From an uncultured delta proteobacterium (GTDB lineage: Bacteria > Desulfobacterota > Desulfomonilia > Desulfomonilales > Desulfomonilaceae), in the NCBI GenBank assembly GCA_963789265.1, contig CAWBKB010000005.1, positions 448,001 through 512,000 on the forward strand: a stretch of DNA of 64,000 nt, in the 5' to 3' direction. Each line of letters starts with the position of its first letter. The stretch's first letter is position 1. This document shows, one piece after another, positions 48,707 through 60,295 of this stretch. A model generated the notes under the pieces. It was not told the DNA's origin. It did not search any database and was given only the letters and a program-made list of their open reading frames with translations. Position numbers and translations under genes: made by a program.

Positions 48707-49021
48707 ATGAGCATTGCTAACAATAGAGAAAGAACGGTGCGACCGACCCATCCAGGCGAAATGCTCCGGGAAGATTTCCTGCCAGATTATCGGCTCACCG
48801 TGACGAGTTTTGCCAAGGCGCTGGGTGTATCGCGTCAGACTGTCAATGAGTTGCTCCGAGAGCGTAGGGCGGTGAGCCCAGAGATGGCTTTGAGGCTCGC
48901 GCGCCTGTTCGGGAACTCGCCTGAGTTTTGGTTGAATGCTCAGCGGGCTGTTGATCTCTGGGAAGCTAAGCGAAATATTAAAGCGAAAATTGAGCGCATT
49001 ACGCCATTGGACGCCGCGTAA
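48707..49021 (+). CDS. higA: HigA/VapI antitoxin
   Basis: PTHPGEMLREDFL; MALRLARLFGNSPEFWLNAQ. Confidence 0.95.
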   Translation: MSIANNRERTVRPTHPGEMLREDFLPDYRLTVTSFAKALGVSRQTVNELLRERRAVSPEMALRLARLFGNSPEFWLNAQRAVDLWEAKRNIKAKIERITPLDAA

Positions 49022-49119
49022 GCCCGTCCTGAATGTCCTCTGGCGACGGGTTGACCGCCTCACACACTGGGCTGGTTTGGTTAGGCCCCGCAATTATTCC
49101 TGACCAAATGGAGGACACA

Positions 49120-49540
49120 ATGAAGGTCTTGTTCGCGGTCGGCTTCGGTCCCATCGTGCCTCACGTGGATGCCGGGCAGGTATTTTACAAGGATGTTCTC
49201 GGATTACCGTTGAAAGCGAATGGCTCTTATCTGCACTCTTCAGATATTGAAGGAGTAAAAGAATTCGCTTTGTGGCCTCTGTCAGAAGCCGCGCAATCCT
49301 GCTTCGGGACCGACAAATGGCCGGAGGAGTACCGGTGCGCAAGGATGGCTCGAATTCGATGTGGATGATATTAGCCAGTCAACTAAAGAATCGGAGGCCA
49401 AAGGTTACAGATTGCTGGTCTCCGCCCGAAAAGAGCCTTGGGGCCAGACTGTGACTCGGCTGCTCGGGCCGGAGGGGTTGCTGGTGGGGATCTGCCATGC
49501 GCCGTGGTTCCGTGGTGAGGGAAAGTCGCCGCTGGATTAA
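49120..49540 (+). CDS. VOC/glyoxalase family protein (frameshift ~49335)
   Basis: SD GGAGG; FYKDVLGLP, FALWPLSEAAQSCFG, then QGWLEFDVDD...EPWGQTVTRLLGPEGLLVG in another frame. Confidence 0.8.
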
Positions 49541-49769
49541 TGTCATCGAATGACCATGTCAATTTTCACTACAAGGGCATGAGCCAATGATTAATTATCC
49601 TTTCCATGTTTGGGGAGACGGATTGGAACAGCGAGGAGGGTTGTGGCTGACATTCACATTCTTAAACGCGTACTAATGCCATGAAATGACCGATGATGAA
49701 GTCAGAGAGGCCCTTGAGGGAAGAAGGGCAGCTTTGCAAGAGATGTGACGAGAAAGGAAAAGCAGCCGC

Positions 49770-51833
49770 ATGCCAAGAGATATCCCGGTTGGTAACGGAA
49801 AACTTCTTGTGTGTTTCGACAGTGACTACTGCATTCGGGACCTGTATTTCCCCCATGTGGGTAAAGAAAACCATGTCGGCGGCAACTATTCCCGATTCGG
49901 TGTGTGGGTTGACGGTCGATTTTCGTGGGTGGGAAAAGCTTGGAAACTTGATTTGCGCTATGTGAGCGATACTTTGATAACGGACGTAAGTTTGTACAAT
50001 CCATCTCTGGCGATTATTCTCCGATGTAATGATGCGGTCGATTTTCATGAATCCGTTTTTTTAAGAAAGGTACATGTTGAGAACCTCGATGCAAAGAAGA
50101 GAGAAGTACGCCTTTTTTTCTCCAACGATTTCAGCATATCGGGCAATGATGTTGGAGACACCGCCGCATTTGATCCCAAAACAGGGGGGATAGTTCATTA
50201 CAAGGATGACACATACTTTCTTATCAATGGCAGAAGCGAACAATCGAACGGACTTGCCGGTTTTGCTGTTGGTCAAAAAGGAGTCGGGGCCCTGGAAGGA
50301 ACTTACCGCGATGCAGAAGACGGGGTGCTTTCCAAGAATCCCATTGCTCAAGGGGCAGTGGACTCTGTCGTTTCCGTTAGTCTCGAAATCGAAGGCAACT
50401 CCAGCGGTACAGCGTTTTTCTGGCTTTGCGCAGGCCAAAAATGGGAAGAAGTCCGCTTGATTGACGCGATTGTAAAAGAGAAACAGCCTGAAAGCATGAT
50501 TTCACGGACCTCGGATTACTGGCGTCTCTGGGTACGCAAAGAAAACCCTCGTCTAGAGCACTTGCCTGAAGAGATTGGCGAGCTTTATCGGCGCAGCCTG
50601 TTGATTCTGAGGACCCAGATTGACTGGCAGGGCGGTATCATCGCCGCCAACGACTCGGATGTCATCAAGTTCAACCGCGACACTTACTCATATATATGGC
50701 CAAGGGATGGGGCTTTAGTGGCGAATGCTCTCGATCAGGCGGGGTTCCCGGAGCTTTCCGAGAAGTTTTATCGTTTTGCTGCGGACGTGATTGAAGAGGG
50801 GGGATACCTTCTTCACAAGTATAACCCGGATGGGACACTCGCCTCTTCATGGCACCCATGGTTGAGTGAAGGCCATCCTCAATTGCCAATACAAGAAGAT
50901 GAAACAGCGCTTGTGGTTTGGGCTCTGTGGCACCATTTCGTTTATCGCCGTGACGTTGAATTCATAAAACCGTTCTATAAATCTTTCATCAAGAAGGCTG
51001 CGGATTTTATGTGTGATTACAGAGACAAAGATACCGGGCTGCCCGCGGCTTCTTACGATATATGGGAGGAACGGCATGGAGTTTTCAGCTTTACAGTGGC
51101 GGCGGTCTTCAGCGGAATCACGGCTGCCTCTTTATTCTGCACGGCATTTGGCGAAAAAGATATAGCCGAACATTACATGCGAGTGGCAGCGGAGATTCGA
51201 GACGGAGCTTCGAACCATCTGTGGCGTCCGGAGTTGAATCGCTTCTGTAGAATGATTTCCCGGAACAGCCACGGCGAAATCGAGTTTGATCCGACAAGGG
51301 ATGCAAGCGTGGCAGGTCTCTTTGCCTTTGGCCTTTATTCCTCCACCGACCCTAGAATACTTTCGACAATGGAGGATCTCAGAGAAAAATTGTGGATTAA
51401 AACCCAGGTGGGCGGAATGGCCCGGTATGAAGGAGATAATTATCACCGTGCGAGCAATGATTTACCAGGGAACCCCTGGTTTATATGCACGCTGTGGCTG
51501 GCAGATTTTCTCGCGGAAAGGGCGGAGACTGAAGCGGACGTCGCTTCAGCTATTGAGCTGATGAAGTGGGTGACTGAACATGCACTTCCCTCGGGTGTGT
51601 TGGCAGAGCAAGTGCATCCGCTTACCGGCGAACCCTTGTCGGTGTCACCCCTGACTTGGAGCCACGCCACATTTGTTGCCACAGCTCATCGAGTGTTGCG
51701 GCACCTCGGAAGAATCAAGGTATGCCCCGAATGCGGATCGACATTGACCGATCCTAGGCCAAAGGAGCATTGGCTTGACAGGCTTTATGCTGATACGTGC
51801 GATACGATCTACGGCTTTTGTCAAGTGAGATAG
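49770..51833 (+). CDS. Glycoside hydrolase family 15 (glucoamylase/trehalase-like)
   Basis: YIWPRDGA, IQEDETA, DIWEER, GGMARYEGD, LAEQV, SPLTWSHA. Confidence 0.93.
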   Translation: MPRDIPVGNGKLLVCFDSDYCIRDLYFPHVGKENHVGGNYSRFGVWVDGRFSWVGKAWKLDLRYVSDTLITDVSLYNPSLAIILRCNDAVDFHESVFLRKVHVENLDAKKREVRLFFSNDFSISGNDVGDTAAFDPKTGGIVHYKDDTYFLINGRSEQSNGLAGFAVGQKGVGALEGTYRDAEDGVLSKNPIAQGAVDSVVSVSLEIEGNSSGTAFFWLCAGQKWEEVRLIDAIVKEKQPESMISRTSDYWRLWVRKENPRLEHLPEEIGELYRRSLLILRTQIDWQGGIIAANDSDVIKFNRDTYSYIWPRDGALVANALDQAGFPELSEKFYRFAADVIEEGGYLLHKYNPDGTLASSWHPWLSEGHPQLPIQEDETALVVWALWHHFVYRRDVEFIKPFYKSFIKKAADFMCDYRDKDTGLPAASYDIWEERHGVFSFTVAAVFSGITAASLFCTAFGEKDIAEHYMRVAAEIRDGASNHLWRPELNRFCRMISRNSHGEIEFDPTRDASVAGLFAFGLYSSTDPRILSTMEDLREKLWIKTQVGGMARYEGDNYHRASNDLPGNPWFICTLWLADFLAERAETEADVASAIELMKWVTEHALPSGVLAEQVHPLTGEPLSVSPLTWSHATFVATAHRVLRHLGRIKVCPECGSTLTDPRPKEHWLDRLYADTCDTIYGFCQVR

Positions 51834-51893
51834 CTAACATCTCACTTTTAGTTTGAATGCAGACTCTATTGAGCAGCCCTTTGTGAGGACAAT

Positions 51894-52887
51894 ATGGCCG
51901 TGCCTGACCAAGCAACTGTTTTAGCCGGCGATATCGGCGGAACCAAGACCAATCTTGGTCTGTTTGCCTGTGGAGAAGATCGCCCGACTCTCCTGGTGAT
52001 GGAATCGTACTCAAGCCCTCACTCAACCGGTTTGTCCGAATTGATCGCACGATTTGTGGAAGCTCACTCCGGGTCGATTTCTTCAGCCTGCTTCGGGATT
52101 GCCGGTCCTGTTATAGACGGCCGGTGCAGGACCACCAATCTTCCGTGGGAAGTGTCCGAAGCCGAAATAAGTCAGAATTTCGGCTGGAATAAGGTCCGTC
52201 TCGTTAACGATCTGGCCGCCACAGCGATGGCTATCCCCCTTCTCCAAGGCCGCCAACTGTTCGCATTGAATGAAGGCCGGGCCCAAAAGGGGAACATCGG
52301 GCTTGCGGCCCCCGGAACCGGGCTGGGGATTTCCCTCCTGGTGTTCGCGAACGGGAAGGTTCACGCCGTATCTTCAGAGGGGGGACACGTAGATTTTGCG
52401 CCTAGAAATGAAACTGAAATCGACCTGTGGCGGCACCTTAGACAGAGCCACGATCACGTCAGCGTGGAGCGGGTTGCCTCCGGACCCGGGATCTTTGGTA
52501 TTTATTCGTGGCTCAAGGCTCGGGATGGGTACGAAGAACCCGAATGGTTCGCTGAGAAAATGAAAATGCACGATCCGTCTGCGGTCATATCCGAAGCGGC
52601 CCTGGAGGAGAAATTGGAACCGTGCGTCAGGACCTTGAAGCTGTTCGTATCGGGTACTCGGCTCAACCGCAGGTAATTTGGCCCTAACCGGAATGACCAC
52701 CGGAGGCATGTACATTGGCGGGGGCATCGCCCCGCGAATTCTTCCTTTACTTGAAGAAGGGGACTTCATCAAAGCGTTTACCGACAAGGGACGATTCAAG
52801 GACTTACTGTCCACGATACCGGTGCACGTGATTCTTAACGACAAAGCAGCCTTGCTGGGCGCAGCCTGGTGTGCCTCAGAAAAATAG
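51894..52887 (+). CDS. glk: Glucokinase (frameshift ~52653)
   Basis: LAGDIGGTKT, GIAGPV, TNLPW, GTGLG, SEGGH, ERVASGPG, GGGIAPRI, ALLGAA. Confidence 0.92.
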
Positions 52888-53035
52888 GAATTTTCATAGG
52901 ATTGGCAGAGTGTCAGTTGAAACGAAAGTTATGATTGCTCCGATGCTGAGAGGCTTGGCCGGTAGGAATGCCGGCTTCAGCAAATGCTCACAGAAGTCCG
53001 GAACGGGTCGAAATGGAGGCACGAAGGTCGTTAGA

Positions 53036-53182
53036 GTTCTGGTTCCCAATCCCGCGTCTCGCGGGACCGCCTGGGAATCCCGCGGCACGCGGGACTATGC
53101 CCGCAAGTTGCCTTTATTTCGGCATCATGGTCGAGGCAGAGCCTCGAAGGCAGGCATTCCCAGGCAGAGCCTGTGAACGAGA
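53036..53182. repeat. GTTCCCA...CCTGGGAA / CCCAGGCAGAGCCT-type palindromic repeat with two inserted mini-hairpins
   Basis: AATCCCGCG-N3-CGCGGGAC at 53048 and 53076; GAGGCAGAGCCTC and CCCAGGCAGAGCCTG arms. Confidence 0.6.
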
Positions 53183-53323
53183 AATCCTGAGCGCAGCGTC
53201 ACGATTTCGGGCCGATTTTCAATTTTGAGCCAGTTTCTCGGCGCCGATAACAAAAAGTCCGGTGACGATTACGAAAATTGTGTCCTCGCCATCTTATTGG
53301 TTGGGCTCCCTGAGAGGTGTAAC

Positions 53324-54886
53324 ATGGGATTGGATCGTGAAAGCATCGATAGATACGTCGATATAGCCGTCAAAGGCCAGGCCCCGGATCTGAAAATTCC
53401 ACATGAGGCCTGTGTCGTGAATCATCAGGTCGAGCCATGCTCAATAGTGATTTTCGGCGCCACAGGAGACTTGACCACGCGAAAGCTTGGCCCTTCCCTC
53501 TATAATCTTTATTTAATCGGGGGGTTTCCTGCATCGTTTGTGGTCCTGGGATCGGCCCGTTCCGAAATGTCGGATGAACAATTCCGCGATCGGCTTAAAG
53601 AAGGGATAGCCGACACGGATCTTTCGAGATGGGACGATTTTGCTTCGCACCTCTATTACCATCGTATCGATCTACGCTCCGTGGATTCCTTTAAAGAGCT
53701 TTTCAGTACTCTCAAGAAAATTGAAGGCGAACACAATACGGAGGCCAATAGGATATTTTACCTGGCCATACCCCCTTCGGCTTATGGGAGTGTAGCCGGC
53801 ATGCTTGGAAAGGTGGGACTCTCCAAGGAGCGCGCGGACGGGAATGGGTGGAGTCGCATCGTCGTCGAAAAGCCATTCGGGAGTGATCTGAAATCCGCCC
53901 AAAAGTTGAATCGAGAACTGCACGAATATTTCGACGAACGGCAGATCTTCCGTATCGATCATTATCTGGCTAAAGAAACGGTTCAAAATGTCTTGATGTT
54001 TCGTTTTGCCAACACCATTTTCGAGCCGTTATGGAACAGAATGTTTATAGATCGCGTACACATCAATGCGCTCGAATCAATCGGAGTGGAAAAAAGAGCC
54101 GGTTACTATGAAGAATCCGGAGTACTGCGGGATATGTTTCAAAATCACATGATGCAACTTCTGGCTGTAACCGCGATGGAACCCCCGGCTCTTTTTGAAG
54201 CGGACCAGGTCAGGGATGAGCATGTGAAGGTATTCCGGTCGCTCAGACCGCTTCCTGCTGCCAATCCTTCGAAGGATCTCATCCTTGGACAATACGGCCC
54301 GGGCACTATCGAAGGCCGGCAGGTTCCGGGCTATCGCGAGGAATCCGACGTAAATCCTGATTCGCTCACCCCTACTTACGCCATGATGCAGGTATTCGTT
54401 GACAACTGGCGGTGGCAGGACGTTCCTTTCTATCTGACGTCAGGCAAAAGGCTCGCGAAGAAACTGACGGATATAGTTATCCATTTCAAGAAAGTGCCTC
54501 ATTTGCTCTTCCAAAACGTTTTTAACGAAGCCATAACGGCCAATCTTTTGACGCTGGCAATACAGCCGGAAGAAAGAATCAATATTACCTTTGAGACCAA
54601 GAATCCCGGCGCTCAGGTTTGCTTGCGATCTGTAACCATGGATTTCAATTACAAAGAAAGTTATACGGGCCCTGTACTCGACGCGTATGAAAAGGCGCTC
54701 ATTGATTGCATGCAGGGAGACCAGATGCTCTTTTGGAGGCAAGATGCCGTGGAACTATGCTGGGCTTTTTATGACCCTGTCCTGGAAGAATGTGAAGGTT
54801 GCGAGGACTTGGCCGACCGGGTGCTGCCTTACGAAGCCGGGAGCTGGGGACCGGATGCTGCAAAGGTTTGGAACACCGGCGTATGA
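53324..54886 (+). CDS. zwf: Glucose-6-phosphate 1-dehydrogenase
   Basis: FGATGDL, VEKPFG, RIDHYLAKE, RDMFQNH, WRWQDVPFY. Confidence 0.97.
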   Translation: MGLDRESIDRYVDIAVKGQAPDLKIPHEACVVNHQVEPCSIVIFGATGDLTTRKLGPSLYNLYLIGGFPASFVVLGSARSEMSDEQFRDRLKEGIADTDLSRWDDFASHLYYHRIDLRSVDSFKELFSTLKKIEGEHNTEANRIFYLAIPPSAYGSVAGMLGKVGLSKERADGNGWSRIVVEKPFGSDLKSAQKLNRELHEYFDERQIFRIDHYLAKETVQNVLMFRFANTIFEPLWNRMFIDRVHINALESIGVEKRAGYYEESGVLRDMFQNHMMQLLAVTAMEPPALFEADQVRDEHVKVFRSLRPLPAANPSKDLILGQYGPGTIEGRQVPGYREESDVNPDSLTPTYAMMQVFVDNWRWQDVPFYLTSGKRLAKKLTDIVIHFKKVPHLLFQNVFNEAITANLLTLAIQPEERINITFETKNPGAQVCLRSVTMDFNYKESYTGPVLDAYEKALIDCMQGDQMLFWRQDAVELCWAFYDPVLEECEGCEDLADRVLPYEAGSWGPDAAKVWNTGV

Positions 54887-54919
54887 CTTCGCTTAATTAT
54901 TATAGATAGGAGGTTCATC

Positions 54920-56941
54920 GTGAATAAAGGATTGGATGAACTTTGCATAAACACGCTTCGGTTTCTGGCGGTAGATGCCGTCCAAAAGGCTGAATCGGGG
55001 CACCCCGGCGCGCCGCTTGGTTCAGCAGCCATGGCCTACGCTCTGTGGGATCGGTTTCTCCGATATGATCCACACGATCCTAAATGGCCAAATAGAGATC
55101 GTTATGTTCTTTCCGCGGGGCACGGTTGCGCCTTACTCTATGCATTGCTGCACGTGACGGGCTTCGATCTGCCTTTGGAGGAATTAAAACAATTTCGTCA
55201 GTGGGGAAGCCGCACACCAGGCCACCCGGAATACTGGAAAGCGCCCGGCATTGAGGCCACCACAGGACCTTTGGGCCAGGGATTCGGAAACGCGGTGGGT
55301 ATGGCGATTGCCGAAGAGGCTCTAGCGGCCAGGTTTAATCGACCCGATTATCAAATCATTAATCACTTCACTTACGTCCAAGCAAGTGACGGTGACTTGA
55401 TGGAAGGAGTTGCTTCTGAAGCGGCTTCGCTCGCCGGACATCTGCGTCTTGGGAAATTGATCGTCCTATATGATGACAATAAAATCACGATTGAAGGTGG
55501 AACCGACCTGGCGTTCACCGAAGATCGTAGAGCCCGATTTGCCGCCTACGGATGGCACTCTCAACAAGTGACCGATGGGAATGATGTCGAGGCAGTCGCG
55601 GCCGCGATTGAAGAGGCCCGCCGAAACACGGACCGTCCCTCGTTCATTGACGTTCACACGCACATTGGATATGGCAGCCCCCACAAACAGGATACCGCGT
55701 CGGCCCATGGCGAGCCGCTCGGTGAAGAGGAAGTCCGCTTGACAAAGCAGCGTCTGGACTGGCCGCTGGCCCCCCCCTTCTACATTCCTGAAGAAGCTCT
55801 CAAACATTTTCAGACTGCCGCGAAACGTGGTGAAACGCTCCATGCCAAGTGGGAAGCCCTTTTCAAGGACTATTCTCGCGAACATCCTGATCTTGCAACT
55901 GAATTAGAGAGAAGAATGCAGAGCAAACTTCCCGAGAACTGGGATCGCGATTTCCCCACATTCAGTTCCGACGAAGGTTCCATTGCTACAAGAAGGGCTT
56001 CGGGAAAGATTCTCAACTCGTTCGCCCCGTATCTGCCGGAACTGATGGGAGGATCTGCCGATCTTTCCCCGAGCACTAATACGATCATGGATAATACCGG
56101 AAATTTTGAAGCAGACGATCGCTCTGGCCGCAATATGCATTTCGGGGTCCGCGAGCATGGCATGGGAGCCGTAATTAACGGCATGGCCCTTCATAAAGGA
56201 TTGATTCCCTACGGCGCGACTTTTCTTATCTTCAGCGACTACATGCGCCCTCCAATGCGCCTTGCGGCAATGAGTGAGCTGGGAGTGATCTACGTCTTTA
56301 CGCACGACAGCATTGGCCTTGGCCAGGACGGGCCTACGCATCAACCGGTTGAACAATTGCTGGGACTTCGTGCCGTTCCGAACATGGTCGTAATACGGCC
56401 GGCCGATGCCAACGAAACCGCTGCGGCCTGGAAGATCGCCATTGAGCGCCGAACGGGTCCGGTGGCTTTAGTGTTAACTCGTCAGAATGTGCCTATACTG
56501 GACCTGGCCATCTATCCGGAGATTCCGACAGGCGTTCCTCACGGAGGGTATATCCTCGTCGAAGGGTCTGACAAGAGCGAACCGGATGTGGTGCTGGTAG
56601 CCTCTGGCTCGGAAGTACACGTAATACTGGGCGCGAGGGAAAAGTTGCTGGCCGATGGCGTGTCGGCCCGGGTAGTCAGCCTACCGAGTTGGAATCTTTT
56701 CGAGAAACAAACTCAAGCATATCGAAATCAGGTTTTCCCTCCTGGAATCCCTATTCTCTCGGTGGAGGCAGGGGTTTCACTTGGATGGAAGCCATATATA
56801 GGCGACGGGGTCGGTGCTGCTATTGGAGTGGATCGTTTTGGTGCTTCGGCTCCTGGCGACGTAGTCATGCGCGAATACGGCTTCACACCGGAAAATGTCC
56901 AAAAGCATACTTTGGACCTGTTGAAACAAAGGAAGCGCTGA
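54920..56941 (+). CDS. tkt: Transketolase
   Basis: [44 protein letters not shown]. Confidence 0.97.
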   Translation: MNKGLDELCINTLRFLAVDAVQKAESGHPGAPLGSAAMAYALWDRFLRYDPHDPKWPNRDRYVLSAGHGCALLYALLHVTGFDLPLEELKQFRQWGSRTPGHPEYWKAPGIEATTGPLGQGFGNAVGMAIAEEALAARFNRPDYQIINHFTYVQASDGDLMEGVASEAASLAGHLRLGKLIVLYDDNKITIEGGTDLAFTEDRRARFAAYGWHSQQVTDGNDVEAVAAAIEEARRNTDRPSFIDVHTHIGYGSPHKQDTASAHGEPLGEEEVRLTKQRLDWPLAPPFYIPEEALKHFQTAAKRGETLHAKWEALFKDYSREHPDLATELERRMQSKLPENWDRDFPTFSSDEGSIATRRASGKILNSFAPYLPELMGGSADLSPSTNTIMDNTGNFEADDRSGRNMHFGVREHGMGAVINGMALHKGLIPYGATFLIFSDYMRPPMRLAAMSELGVIYVFTHDSIGLGQDGPTHQPVEQLLGLRAVPNMVVIRPADANETAAAWKIAIERRTGPVALVLTRQNVPILDLAIYPEIPTGVPHGGYILVEGSDKSEPDVVLVASGSEVHVILGAREKLLADGVSARVVSLPSWNLFEKQTQAYRNQVFPPGIPILSVEAGVSLGWKPYIGDGVGAAIGVDRFGASAPGDVVMREYGFTPENVQKHTLDLLKQRKR

Positions 56942-56942
56942 C

Positions 56943-57401
56943 ATGGCAAAGATAGGTATAGCTGCTGATCACGGTGGATTCGCTTTGAAAGAAGAGGTCC
57001 GCGCGGCGCTGCAAACAGCCGGCCACACCGTGGAAGATTTCGGAGCTTACGAGATGCGAAATGACGATGACTACCCGGATTTCGTGATTCCTCTGGCTAA
57101 GGCCGTCGCGGCCGGACAAGTTCACCGTGGGCTCGCAATTTGCGGGAGCGGGGTGGGCGCGGCCATAGCTGCAAACAAGATTCCCGGTGTGCGGGCTGCA
57201 CTGATACACGAGACGTTTTCCGCTCATCAGGGGGTGGAAGACGACAATATGAATGTTATGTGCCTCGGAGGGCGAGTTATTGCTTTTGCTATGGCTATGG
57301 AATTGATTCACTCATTTCTCGACGCGGAATTTACAAGTGCCGAGCGCCACAAACGGCGGCTCGCAAAAGTGGCGTCTTTGGAAGGAGAGGAGAAAAGGTA
57401 A
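56943..57401 (+). CDS. rpiB: Ribose-5-phosphate isomerase B
   Basis: ADHGG, DYPD, CGSGVG, ANKIPGVRAA, RHKRR. Confidence 0.95.
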   Translation: MAKIGIAADHGGFALKEEVRAALQTAGHTVEDFGAYEMRNDDDYPDFVIPLAKAVAAGQVHRGLAICGSGVGAAIAANKIPGVRAALIHETFSAHQGVEDDNMNVMCLGGRVIAFAMAMELIHSFLDAEFTSAERHKRRLAKVASLEGEEKR

Positions 57402-60226
57402 TGCCCATGAATCCATTGTTGAAGATACAGGACTTTGGCCAAAGTATTTGGCTGGATTTTATTCGCAGACACATGCTGATCTCCGGGGAGCTGACTGCAC
57501 TTATAGAAGAAGACGGCCTTCGTGGGGTCACTTCCAATCCTGCCATATTTGAAAAAGCTATTTCAGGAAGCAACGATTATTTGACAGCAATCGGATCGCT
57601 TGCTCAGGAAGGCAAGAGTAGTGATGAGATTTACGAAACGCTTGCAATCGAAGATGTTCAGCAAACAGCAGACGCTTTCCGGCCTGTTTTTGATGATTCC
57701 GGCGGGCAGTATGGTTTTGTAAGTCTCGAAGTTTCACCTCGCCTGGCCCGCGACACGCCAGGTACTATAAAGGAAGCGCACTACTGGTGGAACGCCTTGG
57801 ACCGTCCAAACGTATTCATAAAAGTGCCCGCTACCAAAGAGGGTTTACCTGCAATTCAACAGCTTATCAGTGAAGGAATCAATGTCAACGTAACCCTCCT
57901 CTTCGGCTTGGAACGGTACCGCGCGGTAACGGAAGCCTACATAGCCGGTTTGGAACAACGCGCGGCAGCCGGGCACCCCGTAGACCGTATTGCGTCGGTG
58001 GCCAGCTTCTTCCTCAGCCGTATCGACCTGCTGGTTGACCCTCTCCTGGAAAAAGTAATGAAACAAGGGGGAGAGCGAGGGAAAATCGCAGATTCCTTGC
58101 CTGGGGAAACGGCCATTGCCAGCGCCAAAATTGCCTATCAGATTTACAAGGAAGTATTTTCGACCGAACGATTTCAAAAACTAGCCGACAAGGGGGCCCG
58201 CGCTCAGCCGGTCTTGTGGGCAAGTACCAGCACAAAGAACCCCGCGTACAGCGATGTGAAATACGTGGAGGCCTTGATTGGCCCGAATACCATCAATACG
58301 CTTCCGCTGGAAACCTTGAATGCGTATCGCGACCATGGGAATCCAGCCTCCCGTCTCGAGTTGGCGGTGGACAAGGCGAGAAAGGTTTTGGACATGCTGC
58401 CGCAAGTGGGCGTCGATTTGATGGAAGTGACCCAACAACTCGAGGATGAAGGCATCGACAAATTCGTCAAGCCGTTTGACCGCTTAATGAAGGCATTGGA
58501 AGAGAAGCGGAAAGAAGCTCTATCCGAACCGGTGGATGCTCAGGAGTTGCATCTCGGCCAGTACAAGGGGGACGTGGAAAACCGCATGTACAAATTGGAA
58601 AACGCTGACTTCGGACAGAGACTGTGGCGGAAAGACCCGAGTCTATGGAAACAGGATTCCGAAGTCCAAAAGATGATCTGCAACTCTATGGGCTGGCTCC
58701 ATGTTGCAGAAAAAATGGTGGAGCATGTGCCGCAACTCCAGGAATTTGCAACCCAAATGGCTGAAACCGGATTCCGGCATGTGGTTCACATGGGGATGGG
58801 CGGGAGCAGCCTGGCTCCACTTGTGTTTCAGGAGTCGCTTCCCACAGGAAAACACGGCCTGACGTTGACGGTCCTTGATACCACCGATCCCGCTACCATA
58901 CTTAAAGTCGAACGGGAGATTCCACTCAAGGACACGCTTTTTGTAGTGGCAACCAAGTCCGGGACAACAGCCGAGCCTCTGGCCTTTGGAGACTATTTTT
59001 ATGACAAGGTCAGGTCCCTCAAAGGGGGGCGAGCGGGAGAAAACTTTGTCGCGATTACCGATCCTGGATCCCCGCTTGTCGATATCGCAATGCAGCGCAA
59101 TTTTCGTCACATATTTCTTAATTTTGAAGACATAGGAGGCCGCTATTCCGCCCTATCCTATTTCGGCCTTTTGCCTGCCGCGCTCAAGGGGATCGACGTA
59201 GGCGAATTACTGGAACGGACATTGAGGATGGCTCGTGCATGCGCCTCTGCCGTTCCACTCCCCGAAAATCCTGGTCTGGCTCTTGGCACGTCAATTGGAG
59301 AACTGGCCACTCTCGGACTCGATAAACTCACATTTTTAGCCTCGGAAGGACTTTCCACGCTGGGACTGTGGCTGGAACAATTGCTCGCCGAAAGCACAGG
59401 CAAAGAAGGCAAAGGAGTACTGCCTGTTGCTGGTGAACCTGTCGGAGAACCATCAACTTACGGTAATGACAGAATCTTTGTATATCTCAAATTGGATGAC
59501 CGGAAAGAGGAATCTCTCGAAGAAATGGTCTTGAAACTGACCTCAGCGGGTCGACCCGTAATAACAATACGTCTCAAGGATTTGCTCGATCTGGGGCAGG
59601 AATTCCTGCGATGGGAGATTGCTACAGCGACGACCGGCAGTATTCTGGGTATCAATCCGTTTGACCAACCCAATGTTCAGGAGAGTAAAGATAATACAAA
59701 CAGGCTGCTAAAAGAGGTCGAGAAAGCGGGAAAATTACCGCAGGCCGAGCCGGCCCTGGTGGACGGGCCGTTGCAGTTGTTCGCGAACGAGAATGCGTCC
59801 GACGCCAAGAACCTGTTCTCAAAACTTTTTAGTGGTGCGCAACCGGGGGATTATATTGCGCTTCAAGCTTATCTCTCTGAAGATCCTAACGTCAATGCTG
59901 CGCTTCAGGACTTGCGTATTCTACTGCGCGATCGCCTTCGTGTGGCCACAACACTAGGTTACGGGCCTCGTTTCCTTCATTCCACCGGCCAATATCATAA
60001 AGGAGGTCCTAACTGTGGCCTTTTTTTACAATTGACATCGGAAGACCAGGAAGACGTGCCCGTTCCGGGGCGTCAGTACACTTTCGGGCTTCTGAAAAGG
60101 GCTCAGGCTTTGGGTGACCTGGAAGCCCTGCGCAAGCATAATCGTCGGGCCGTAAGGATTGATCTGGGCAAGAACGTGCTCGAAGGACTCGCGGTCCTTA
60201 AGAGTGCTGTGGAATCGTCGATTTAA
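57401..60226 (+). CDS. tal: Bifunctional transaldolase/phosphoglucose isomerase
   Basis: GQSIWLD, GVTSNP, IKVPAT, ASFFLSR (Tal); GMGGSSL, TKSGTTAE, GGRYSALS, EQLLAESTGK, NPFDQP (Pgi). Confidence 0.95.
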   Translation: MPMNPLLKIQDFGQSIWLDFIRRHMLISGELTALIEEDGLRGVTSNPAIFEKAISGSNDYLTAIGSLAQEGKSSDEIYETLAIEDVQQTADAFRPVFDDSGGQYGFVSLEVSPRLARDTPGTIKEAHYWWNALDRPNVFIKVPATKEGLPAIQQLISEGINVNVTLLFGLERYRAVTEAYIAGLEQRAAAGHPVDRIASVASFFLSRIDLLVDPLLEKVMKQGGERGKIADSLPGETAIASAKIAYQIYKEVFSTERFQKLADKGARAQPVLWASTSTKNPAYSDVKYVEALIGPNTINTLPLETLNAYRDHGNPASRLELAVDKARKVLDMLPQVGVDLMEVTQQLEDEGIDKFVKPFDRLMKALEEKRKEALSEPVDAQELHLGQYKGDVENRMYKLENADFGQRLWRKDPSLWKQDSEVQKMICNSMGWLHVAEKMVEHVPQLQEFATQMAETGFRHVVHMGMGGSSLAPLVFQESLPTGKHGLTLTVLDTTDPATILKVEREIPLKDTLFVVATKSGTTAEPLAFGDYFYDKVRSLKGGRAGENFVAITDPGSPLVDIAMQRNFRHIFLNFEDIGGRYSALSYFGLLPAALKGIDVGELLERTLRMARACASAVPLPENPGLALGTSIGELATLGLDKLTFLASEGLSTLGLWLEQLLAESTGKEGKGVLPVAGEPVGEPSTYGNDRIFVYLKLDDRKEESLEEMVLKLTSAGRPVITIRLKDLLDLGQEFLRWEIATATTGSILGINPFDQPNVQESKDNTNRLLKEVEKAGKLPQAEPALVDGPLQLFANENASDAKNLFSKLFSGAQPGDYIALQAYLSEDPNVNAALQDLRILLRDRLRVATTLGYGPRFLHSTGQYHKGGPNCGLFLQLTSEDQEDVPVPGRQYTFGLLKRAQALGDLEALRKHNRRAVRIDLGKNVLEGLAVLKSAVESSI

Positions 60227-60295
60227 TATGTTCATTCCCGGTACAAACAATTTACGTTGCCGCGCTTGTCGCAAAATATTCAAGAGAGAATTGCT

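Noticed and set aside
48119..49093. 324-aa antisense ORF (also 6086-6748, 19431-20051, 26594-27301, 44024-44725)
   Set aside because: Shadow ORFs opposite well-supported genes, with no motifs
57140..57400. N-terminal extension of the 1028-aa tal/pgi ORF
   Set aside because: Overlaps rpiB in another frame; the likely start is ATG 57401 or 57407
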